Part shown: positions 13,901 to 25,900 of the stretch, piece by piece
Layout of the letters: each line of letters opens with the position of its first letter
How positions within the stretch are numbered: position 1 is the first letter of the stretch
Source: Torpedo marmorata
Lineage: Eukaryota
Assembly (NCBI GenBank): GCA_977017645.1
Contig: OZ360227.1
Location: 165,664,001 to 165,728,000 of the forward strand
Reading direction: 5' to 3'
Length of the DNA stretch: 64,000 bases
Notes under the pieces: model-generated
The model's input: the letters and a program-made list of their open reading frames with translations, nothing else
What the model was told of the DNA's origin: nothing
Databases searched by the model: none
Made by a program: the position numbers and the translations under genes

Positions 13901-16900
13901 CATCACTGGCAATATCTCTTGATGCTTTTGCAGCCTTGATAGAGATAGCATCAGGACGCAAGTCGTACCCTTTCTTCTTTGATTCTTCCATTGCAAGCCT
14001 GTATCGTTTCTGCAGATTAACAAAACTATGTGAAGTACACATTCACCTGGCAATATTTGTGATCTGTTTGCTATTTTAGAAATACGTGCACTGACTTACT
14101 TCACTGTAATTGATTTTGTTTTGGCTTGCCAACAAAATCTCTGGTGTGTCTGGCATGATGTGAATATTAAGTTTATCCTTCTCCCATGCTTCAGTGTATA
14201 AACGCTGCAAAAATAATTTATAGAGATAATATTAATACTGGAATGCAATGGACAACATCCATAATGTTGCACATTTGATGCAACAATAGATAAGTATTTT
14301 GTATGCTCGTATCCAAGTGGTGCATGCAGGAGAAAACAACTGTATAGATAGTGGTGAAATTAACATAGCATACTGTTCCACACTTTTCCTCATGCTTAAA
14401 AAAACAGGAGAAGTGTGAGAGTACAATAATTTAAAATATGCATGAAGGGGATGATTTTAGGTAAGGAGATGATTTTAGGTAAGGAGACAATACCTAAAGC
14501 AATAACTCAGAGAAAAAGAATGCAATCATTATTTTCCATTCTGCCTTTTTATATTCATTCTAAAAGAGTGTAAAGTAAGGGCAATACAAAAATAGTGTGA
14601 ATATTATACATTTTTAAGCTTAAAACACCAATCATGGTTGGACATTCAGAGGATGTCCCTTGACCCTGTCAGGCTTTACTGTGACTCAGAGCACGAAACA
14701 ACTGGTTTAACAGCCCAGAATGTCAACTTGGTCAGCAAGGAAGAGTAGGTTAATTGGGTGTATTTGGGCAGCTCGGGCTCATGTGCCAGAAGGGCCTGTT
14801 ACTGTGTTGTATCTCTAAATTAAATAAATGGTCCTCCACATATGCAGGTTCCCTGCCATACAACCTCCTTTCCCCCAGCCCCTCCACGACAAAGGAAAGA
14901 TTGTTTGTGGCTGGCAGAATGACATGTAGTGCACTGGAACTTGTATTCCGTACTTTGTTTCAATCTTATTGGCACATCAGAGAAAAGTACTCAGCTTCTC
15001 TTGACATTGAATTATATCTCAATTACAGGTATACCCCGCTTTACGAAACTAGAGCGTTCCTATGAAACCTTTCGTAAGCCGAAATGGCGTAAAGCAAAGA
15101 CCCATTCACTACTATTGAAGGCTATTTTCGTAAAAGCCAAAACACATTCAAAACCCATTCAAATCCTTTTGTAAAAGCGAACACAGGTTTCTTCGTAAAA
15201 GCGAATTTTCGTAAAGCGAGTATTCGTAAAACAGGGTATGCTTTTGTTTTATTATATTTCAGGAGTTGGGTGTCATTGGCAAGGCTAGCATTTATTGTGC
15301 ATCCAAAACTGAGCTGGAGAAGGTGGTATTTCAAACGACAAAATTCTTTATCATGCTGAATCGTACAATTTGGTACTGTTTTATACACAATATCACAGCC
15401 ATCAGTCAATGTGCTACATTCCTCTATCACCATCCTTGCGCATGTCCTGTCTGACTGGCAGGATTGACCTATCAGAAGTGGTGGCACAGGGTACAGAGTG
15501 GTCTGGTGCCATTCAATATTGACTCAAGGCTGCTTCAAGTTTTCTGCGATCAAGCCAAACATGTGTAAAGAAACCTCTTGATGATTATGACCCTTAGCTG
15601 ATATATCAGTACTCTTTGATGTTGAAAAGCAGATGAAAGTAGAACTGAGGTGACTGTAGATTGGATACCTGTTGAAGTTCTTAAGCCAGAATACATGACC
15701 AAAAGTGGCCCTCTGAACATTAGCTTACCAATTAAAACTCTTTTTCAAGTGTATGTTATATTCCATTTACCACATTCTTGCCCGTTTTCTTGGCTTGTCT
15801 AAAGCCTGTCTGCATCCTACTCACAAGTAAGAAATTCCACTGAATTAACACTAATGTTCATTAGAAATATTATGGAAGGCATTTACTTTTTTTGGAGTCA
15901 TAGTCTTAGAGGATAGAAAACAGACCCTTCTGTCCACCGAGTCCACACTGGCAATCATGCACCCATTTATAATAATCCTGCACTGTTGGCCGAAGTGCCT
16001 GACCTAGCATTCAATAACATCATGCCTGATCATTTAACTCAGTATCTCCTAACAAATTCGGCCCCATCTAAAGCTCTTGCATGAAGGAAGTCCCCATTAA
16101 TATTGGGGAAATTAGTCACCTACGATGGCAACCATGTTGATTTTGTATCTTTACATAATCTGTCTACATATCTGCACCTCAGTTTCATGCTGGCTATTGG
16201 GAGGCCTCTCGAGTCAGAGTCATACAGCATGGAACAGGCCTTTTGGCCTAACTCGTCCATGCTGCCCAAGTTGGCATACTGGGTTTGTCCCATTTGCCTG
16301 CATTTGGTCCATATCCTCCTGAACCCTTCCTATCCATATATCTATCCAAAAGTCTTTTTAAAGTCATAATTGTCTTCGCTTCTGTAGTTTCCTTTGGCAG
16401 CTCATTCCAAATACAAGCTACCATCTGAGGGAAAAAGTTGTCCTTCAGCTCCCTTTTAAATCTCTCCTCCTCACCTTAAACCAGTGCCCTCAAGTTCTTG
16501 AATTGTCGACCTGGAGAAAAAGACTGTGAACCCAGTTTATCCATGCTCATCATGATTTTATATCCCCCGTGACATCACCCTTCAACCTCCTACACTCCAG
16601 GGAATAAGGATCCAGCTAATCCAGCCTCTCCCTTTAATTCAAGTCCTCCAGTCCTGGGCAGATCCTAGCCAATCGCTGCTGCACTCCTTCCAGCCTTTTG
16701 ATATCCTTCCTATAATTGGGTGGCCAGAACCGCACACATTGCTCCCAGTATGGTCTCACCAAAGTGTTTACAGCTGAATCTACCTAGTCACAACGTTTGT
16801 ACTCAATACCCTGCCCAGTGAAAGCAAGCGTGCCAAATGCCTTCACTGTCCTGTCCCCAAGTCGTCACTTTCAAGAAACTTCGCGACTGTCCTTCTAGGT

Positions 16901-19900
16901 CTCTCTCTCTCTCTCTCTGAAACTCACAAGGGTTTATTGTTGCATTGATTGCCTCTCCAAAGTGCAAAGTCTATTTGCCACTCCTTGGACCACTTTTAAA
17001 ACAAATCTCGATCCAGTTGTAAATTTAATTATCCTTTCCAAGTGTTCACTACTACACCACCAATTTTGTTGTCATCTAATTATGCTATGACATTGTTATC
17101 ACTAATATTGCTAACAATCAACAGTGGATCCGGCACCAACCCTTGCAGCACACCACTGGCCGTAGGCCTCCAATCAGTAAAGCAAACCTTCCACCAAGCC
17201 AGTTTTGATCCCAATCGGTGAGCTTACCTTATTTCCCATGTGATATAATTTTGCCGACTAAGTGTATGGCAGGACCTTATCAACTCCCTCTCACCCCCGA
17301 GTATAACCCTGTCATATTGACAGCACCTTTCTGATTTCTGAGCCCTACGCATATTGCCCTCATTGATGAGGCTTTCAGTGAGTCCACTCTCAGTACAGCT
17401 GTGACATTTTTTATGATCAGTAATGCCCCATCCCCCCATCTTTCATATTCCTCTTTATCATGGCTTAAGCATGGAAACCCTGTAACATTGAGCTGCCAGT
17501 CCTTCCCTCCTCTCAACTATGTCTCTGTCATGGCCACATCATCATAGTTTCATGTACCAGCCAGGATCATATTTCATCTGCCTTGCCCATAATACTTCTT
17601 GCATTAAGATAAGCACACTTCAACATGTTTGTTAATCGGACACTGCAGGTCTTTCCCATCAGACACTTGGCCAAACACTTACCTACCCCTCTATCCCTCC
17701 ACTTGCTGACCTACTGCTCTGGCTCCTGAGTAGCATTAGCAAATACCCCTGCAAAGATATTGGTGCCCCTCCAGTTCAGGTTCAATGTGTCTTTCTTGTA
17801 CAGGTCCCAACCCCCTGGAAAAGAACCCAATGATCTATGTATCTGAGGTTCTCTCTCCTGAACAAGCTCCTTAGCTATGCATTTAAATCTTCCTATTCCT
17901 GCCTTGCTAATATATGTTATGGAGAGTAATCTTAAGATTACACCCCGAGTGGTCCTTTTTTAAAAAAAACTGTTTACCTACTTTCCTAATTTTCCCTTGC
18001 TTGATCTCATTTCTCTTCCTGCCTGTATCTTCAATGCCAATGTAGAACACAATCCCTGGTTCCTCACCTTCCCCTTTCAGAATGCCCCATGCCCAATCCA
18101 AGACATCTTTCTCCCTGGAACCAGGGAGGCAACACACCTGGAGTCTTGTTCGCAGCCACAGATACACCTGCCTATGCTCCTGCCTAAAGATTCCCTGTCA
18201 CTATTGCCTGCCCTGCTGAACAACAAAGCCAGTCATGGTACCACTTGAACCACAGAACACTACAACATAGAATCAGGCCCTTTGGCCCATCTAGTCCGTG
18301 CTGAATGTTATTCTGCCTAGTCCCATTGACCTGCACCTGGACTATAGACGTCCATGCTCTTCCCATCCATGTACCTATCCAAATTTTTCTTAACTGTCAA
18401 AATGAAGCCCACATTCACCATTTCAGCTGGCAGATCGTTCCACACTCCCACAACTCTCTGCATGAAGAAGTTTCCCTTAATGTTCCCCCTAAACATCTCA
18501 CCTTTCATCCTAACTCTATCTATACCCCTCATAATTTTATATACCTCTATCAAATCTCCCCTCATTCTTCTACGCTCCAGGGAATAAAGTCCAAACCTGT
18601 TTTGCCTTTCCCTGCAACTCAGTTCCTCAAGTCCCGACAACATCCTTTGTAAATCCCCTCTGTACTCTTTCTAATCTGGCTGCTGCTGCTATTTTCCCAT
18701 GAGAGTCTCTTCCCCACCAACAGTATCAAAAACAGCATCCTTGTTTGAGAGGGCATTCTTCATTTTGAAAACCGTGCAGCCTTATCCTGTCTGATGCAAT
18801 TTATACTTTGCTCTCACACTCAAACCATTAGTGGAAGCATACAAATGGAATGGCTTTAAGGAAAGTCTGTTGCAAGTGCAGATCAGATTCAACATTTTAA
18901 AAATTGGCCTGCAGACAATAATCACAACAGTTTCTAACTTTAACAAGCACTTTACCTGGTTGCGATTTTTGGAATTGACCTTTGCCAGTGCCAAAGGCAT
19001 GGAATCCAACAAACTGGTGAACTTGAAAGTGTCAGGGTGCTGGCGATATTTTTTCTCACTCAGAATTTCTCCCGCTTTCTTCACTTTTTCAGATTCCAGG
19101 GATCCTTCAGGCATCCAGCCGGTACCCTTCAGCCACAGAAGATCTGACTTGTATTGGATCTGTTTCACACAAACAAGCGAGAATTAGGGATAGGGCTAAA
19201 ACAGTGGGAAGATCACACTTGAGCCAGCCTGGTCATCGGGTTCATTTCCCCATGCTGTCCTTGCAACCGCACCAACAGTTTGTGGCTGTGTGGATCAAAA
19301 CAAGTTCTGGGCCTCACTTTCAAGTGATCTGCAAATGGGCTCCAGGCCTCAGCCAGTGGAACGGAGGTCCCAAACGCCTCTCGATGAGGTGGATGATCAA
19401 AATGTTTCTAGTGGTTCTAACAAAGACATTTAAGTGCAGTCAAAACAATTTCAAACAAATAGGAAATTAAAAATCTGGAAGTTCATTTAAAACATTAATA
19501 TTGATTAAAATAAAGAATAAGCATTTATCGACACTTTCTTCTCCATCCAGGTTAGTGACATCATTTCAGATGAGTGGGTCATAGGTTCACACTGATTAAG
19601 CTCATCCTGACTGTTGTAAAGCCGTAGAGCCAGACATAAAGTGTATTTTTCCTCACAACTCAGGACAATCCAGAACTATCCTGGACCCACTTGCGATTCC
19701 ATGGAACCAGCAACTAGCTGTGAGCATAACTGGGCCCATTAAAATGAATCATGTGGCCGATGCTGTTCAAACAGGAAGCCTCTCTTTTCTCGGTTCACCC
19801 ACTGACCACAGGATACATCACTCCAAGAACAGATAAAACAAGCAGCTTGTTCACAGAAAATACAAATACAGTAGTTCCAAAAACTAATTTCAGCTGCATC

Positions 19901-22900
19901 CATTTCTCAGTAATCCAAACATCTGAGTGCATATTGCTACTGAAGTATCAGTGAGTTTTATGTGATTAAATTGGGTCAGTCTGTGGTAAACCACTGTATA
20001 TGTATTGTGGGCTGGTGATAGGTTTGGACATGCCCTGCTGACTTTCCCGGTGGCTCCTCCCACAAACCCCCTTGAATAAACGCTATAGTGCCACAACTCC
20101 TCCCCCAGTCCGGGACAGATCATCAGCTCGAATGTAGCTCCATTCTATAACTAATAAAAGCCTTTCAGTTCATATACAACTTCCAGTCTTTTGGAGTTAT
20201 TGATAGGCGTATCACAGTCGAATACCAATTACTCTTTCTATTCTTTCATGCAGAAAACATTTGCTCAGAAGCAACAACAATATAATAATCTGTTAAAGGG
20301 TGTCCTAGCAATTTGTCTTTGAAGTGTAATTGCTATAATCTGCTCACTCCAAAGGGAGCCATTGAGCTATCTGTTAACAAGTACTATAAAAACATTCTGG
20401 GATTAAATACTTACATCACTCTGCAAATCATAGGCCTTCTTTGCCTGAATCACATCATTCTGGTCTGGGAGACAGGTCCACCGGTGCAGGTGTCGCCTGT
20501 AGTCAATGTCACTGACCAGGGTCTGGCATTTCTTGGCCAACAGGATGTCCAGCATGTCGACCGGCATGTTGAACTTGGTCTTGGTTTTCTCAAAGTCCTT
20601 CTTGTACTCCCTGTTGCTCTGCATCTTAGCTATGTGCATTGACCAGACCATTTTGGGATCATCTTGAATGCTGCGGCATCCAACGTGATGGCCAAGCTGC
20701 TTGCGGTAAGCCGTTTTGTACTTGTACTGTTAAAGTTAAAATTGTCAGTTTGCATGTAAATTCATACCAAAGCAAAGATCAAGCAAATGATTCAGTGAGT
20801 ACATTTAACTCAATATAACTAGTCTTTAAAGATTTTAATCTCTACATCTGAGAGACTGGACGCAGACTGGGAGATTGCTTCACTGAGCACCTTCGCTCTG
20901 TCCGCATCAGTGACAGGGATCTCCCGGTGCCCAATCATTTCAATTCCGTGCCCCACTCCCAAGCTGACATTTCTGTCCATGGCCTCATGTACTGTCAAAT
21001 CATGACCACCCAAAAATTGGAGGAGCAACACTTAATTATCCGTCTGGGCACTCTCCAACCGGATGGCATTAAAATCAACTTCTCCGGCTTCTGCTAGCCT
21101 ATTCCCTGTTCTCCCTCCCTTCCCATTCCCTCTGTCTTATTTCCTCCAGATCTGCACCCTCTTCCCTCTCCATTCACAGAGCCATCCTCCCTCCCCCTGT
21201 TTGCTGGTGTGCCCTCCCTCCCTTATCCACCTATTGCCTCCTGCCTGTGGGACTGTGCTCCTCCCCCTGCCCGTCCCCCTACCATTTTATTCAGAAGCCT
21301 GTCAACAATTTGCTCATACCTTGATGAAGGGTTCAAGCCCGAAACATTGGGTTTGTATCTTTACCTTAGCTATATAAAGTACACTGTTTGACCTGCTGAG
21401 TTTCTCCAGTATTGTGTTTTTACATCAGACATTTTAATATTGCATTTTCTTGTTCCGCATTCCAATCCAAAATAAGCAGGTCCACTTACATCGCTGGCAA
21501 TGTCTCTGGAGGCTTTTGCTGCTTTAATTGTGATGGCATCAGGGGACAGGTTGTAGCCCTTTTTCTTTGACTCCTCCATAGCAAGTCTGTACAGTTTCTA
21601 TAGGGACCACAACAATATACTCGGTATATTAAAAAATCACAACAGTAATCATCAGAGTCTCAGAATATTTTCCCTTTAGATTGCACAGAATTTTTCTTCT
21701 ATTCATTATATTTCATCCTTCCACCTGTTAAATTTTAACCCAAAAATGTTGTGAATAATTGCTTATCATTTATTTTTCTTTAAATACGCAACTGCACACT
21801 GCATATGGACATTGCAGGCAAAGCATCATTTATTGCCCATCTCTTATTGCTAAAAGGACATTAGAATTAATCATATAATGTGGAACTGGAAGCATATCAT
21901 TTCACTGGGAGTGAGCCAGTGTCCTTTTACTGAGCCAGTTAGGAATGCAGCATCTCTCTCAATTACAATTCAAACCTTTTCCTCCATTCATTGATTTGTG
22001 TCTGCTGTGTTCCTAATTTTTACACCTATCTTCAATCCATAATCCCACAATTCTTAAAAAAACAACAAAAATCTGTAAGTCTCAGCTGTTAAAAAAAAAA
22101 TCAAATGCTTCAACATCTATGTCATAAGAGGGGAATTGGAAAAGGAGCTTCATATTTTCATTTCCAAATGATTTAGCTCTAATTTTAGGATCACGTCCTC
22201 TTTTTCGTTATTCCTTCACCAGAGGAAGAATTTCTGATGCCATCCTTCTTTGTCATAGAATTGTGCAGTATAGAAACAGGCCCTTTGGTTCACTGTGTTG
22301 ACCATCATAGCTGTCTATACTAATCCTACTTGCCTGGATTAATTCTATAATCCTCGCCCCACACATTGAAATACCTGTCACGATGTTATTTAAATGTTGT
22401 TACTGATTCAGCCTCTGCTATCTCTCTGGCAGCGCATTCCTCATATCAACTACTATTCGTGTGAAAACTTTAACCACAAGATCTCCTTTGAACATTCTCC
22501 CTCTCACCTTAAACCTACACCCTCTAGTTTTAGTTACCCATACCATGGGAAACAGGCATTGCCTATCTACCTGCTCTATACCTCTTGCATTTTTATGTAG
22601 TTCATTCATATCACCTCTTAGCCTCTTTCGCTCTAGAGAAAACAGACCTAGCCTATCTAATCTCTCCTGATAACTCACGCCCTCTCATCCAGATAACGTC
22701 CTTGTGAATCCTTTCTGCAATTCCTAAGCTTCATCATGTCCTTCCTTTTGTGTGATAACCAGAACTTCACACAATACTCCAAGTGCGGCCAAACCAATAA
22801 CCCGGACAGTGAGAATGCTGAACGACCAAAGGAACTGCTCACCATAACCATCCAAAACTCTAATATTCATGAAACAATATTTATTTATAGATATGAATAC

Positions 22901-25900
22901 TTGTCCTGCATTTGTATTGTTTGTCTGTATGTGTGTTATGTCTGGTTGTGTGTCTGCGTGTTTAGCACCAAGGACCGGAGAATGCTGTTTCGTCGGGTTG
23001 TACTTGTGCAATCAGATGACAATAAACTTGACTTGTACAACTGTAATATGACGTCTCAATACTTATACTCAATGCTTTGGCCAATGAAGGCCAGCACGCC
23101 ACATGCCTTCTTCACCACCATGTCTACCTGTGTTGCTGCTTTCAGGGAACTATATGCTTGCACCCATAGGTCTCCCGTTCAATAACTCTCCAGTGCCAAT
23201 TTGCATATGTCTCACTTTCCCAGTTGATCTGAATCCTGTTGTAACCTTAGTTAACTTTCTTCACTGTCCACCATAGCACCACACCATGTGAATTCTCATC
23301 CAAAACATTAATAAAAATGACAAAACTCAGCACCGATTCTTGCAAGACCCCACTAATCACAGGGCTCCGCTACTACCATTCTCCATTAAGTCACCTCTTA
23401 ACCTTCTCCATCCAGCTGGCCAACATCTCCAGCGCCTCCAAGTGAATAATGTTGTGGCTCAGGCCTGAAACGTTAGTTATATCCCTTTGCTTCCTATGGA
23501 CGCTGCGTGTCCTGCTGAGTTTCTCCACCACTTTTGTGTATTGCAAATAATGTTTCTTGTTCCTGGTATCATTCTTGTAACTCTCCTCTGCACCCTTATC
23601 CAGGTATTGATATCTAATTTGTTTTTTCTCATTTTGATGACAGGTCTTGAACCTAATAGGTTAACTGTGTTTCACTTTCCACATATGCTGTCTGACCTTC
23701 TGACCTGCTGAGATTTTCCAGCATTTGCTGTTTTTATTTTAGACCCAGCATCTGGAGTTTTTTTGTTTTTATTTAACAAAATTGTTTTTTGTCGGATTAA
23801 CATTAGTTTAATGCTTTTTAATCTGTTCTACCAAGAGAAACAAGGATGTTGCATGTGTGTCTTTTAAAAGCATGGTTATTAGATTAATATCCAGAGGTCT
23901 GTACCATTGGTGTTAAATCTTGCAAAAGAAATTGTGACTTTATATTCAATGCGACACGGTTAGCGTAGAGGTTACCGCAACGCTTTTACAGTGCCAGCGA
24001 CCCGGGTTCGAATCCGGCACTGTCTATATGTTTTCCCCGCATCTGCGTGGGTTTCCTTCAGGCACTCCGGTTTCCTCCCACCCTTCAAAACACACTGGGA
24101 GAGGGGTTGGGGGGGGTGCAGTTGGGGGGTTGTAGGTTAATTGGGTGGCACGGGCTTGTGGGCCGGAAGGGCCTGTTACTGTGCTGTATGTCTGAAGTTT
24201 TAAAAAATTTAAAAATATGGAATTACAAAGTTAATTTTTGCGACAGTTACCATGAAATTGCTAGATTTCTATAAAAACCTGTCTAATTCACGAACATTCT
24301 AAAGGAAGGAAGGAAACCATTCTTCCTTGGCCTGGCCCACACATGACTTCATATGTTCCAATGTGGATGACTCTTAACTTCCTCCTAACTTTAAGGGCAA
24401 TTTTAGATGGACAATCAACGGCAATGTTGACAATGTTGTTCACATGAATGGATAAAAAGCTCTTCACATCTTGTCCTGCCACTTCCAGAGGCCTTTTCAC
24501 ACATACACTGAGCCCTCTCCATTTCTGCATGCGCTTTAAAGTTGTAATACTGTATTTGGTACTTCCTAACAAACTGTGCTACTTCACCTCATTGTTTACC
24601 ATATCTCTGACTTTGATAATACCTCCAACATTTGAGATTTTGCTCCTGAGTACAAGCATTTAATCAATACCGAAAATTGAAGTGATCATAATACTGATCC
24701 ATGAGAAACACTTCCTCCAATCTCAACATCAAGATCAACTCTCTACTTTCTAACACTTAATCTATCCAGGCACGACCTGGGGAAGGGAGTGCAGGCCATT
24801 ACAGCCTACAAAGCGAGGGCAAACACTATAGGCGGCTATGATGCTTCACTACCCGATGAGCTGAACACCTTCTATGCCCGCTTTGAGAAGAAGAAACAAA
24901 CAGTGCCTACTTTAATCCCTGAAAAGACTGAGGACCCTGTGATATCTGTCTCTGAGGGCGACGTCAGAACATCATTCAAGAGGGTGAACCCTCACAAGGT
25001 GTCAGGCCCTGACGGCATACCTGGCAGGGTACTGAAAATCTGCGCCAACCAACTAGCCGGAGTGTTCACGGACATTTTCAACCTCTCATTGCAGCAGTCA
25101 GAGGTTCCCACCTGTTTCAAAAGGGCATCAATCATCCCGGTACCAAGGAAGAGTAGTGTGGACTGCCTCAATGACTACCGCCCAGTAGCACTAACTTCTA
25201 CTGTGATGAAATACTTTGAGAGGCTAGTCATGGCCAGAATTAACATGTACCTAAGCAAAGATCTGGACCCTCTGCAATTCGCCTATCATCATAATCGCTC
25301 CACAGCAGATGCAATATCGCTGGCTATCCACTCAGCGCTGGATCACCTCGAAAACAGCAATTCATACATACGGCTGCTCTTCATCGACTACAGCTCGGCC
25401 TTCAATACCATTATTCCCTCAGTGCTGGTCAAGAAGCTACAAACCCGAGGCCTCTGTACCCCACTCTGCAACTGGATCCTTGACTTTCTCATCGGAAGGC
25501 CGCAGTCAGTACGAATTGGAAACAATGTCTCCTCCTCACTGATTATCAACACAGGTGCACCCCAAGGATGTGTGCTTAGTCCACTGCTCTACTCGTTATA
25601 CACCCATGACTGTGTGGCCAGGCACAATTCCAATGCCATCTACAAGTTTGCCGATGACACCAGTTGTCGGCAGAATCACAAACGGCAATGAGGAAGCGTA
25701 CAGGAGGGAGATAGATCAGCTCGTTGAATGGTGTAACGACAACAACCTTGAGCTCAACGTCAGCAAAACCAAGGAGATGATTGTGGACTTCAGGAGGAAG
25801 TCAGGGGAACATGACCCAGTCCTCATCGAGGGCTCAGTAGTGGAGAGGGTCAAAAATGTCAAATTCCTGGGTGTCAACATCTCCGAGGATCTGTCCTGGA

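Noticed and set aside
14451-14486. 18-bp tandem duplication (also a 12-bp one at 51965-51992)
   Set aside because: Ordinary slippage duplications with no sign of function
19200-19800. GC-richer intronic segment upstream of D3 as a possible extra exon
   Set aside because: No nebulin-module translation, and the four-exon cycle is complete without it
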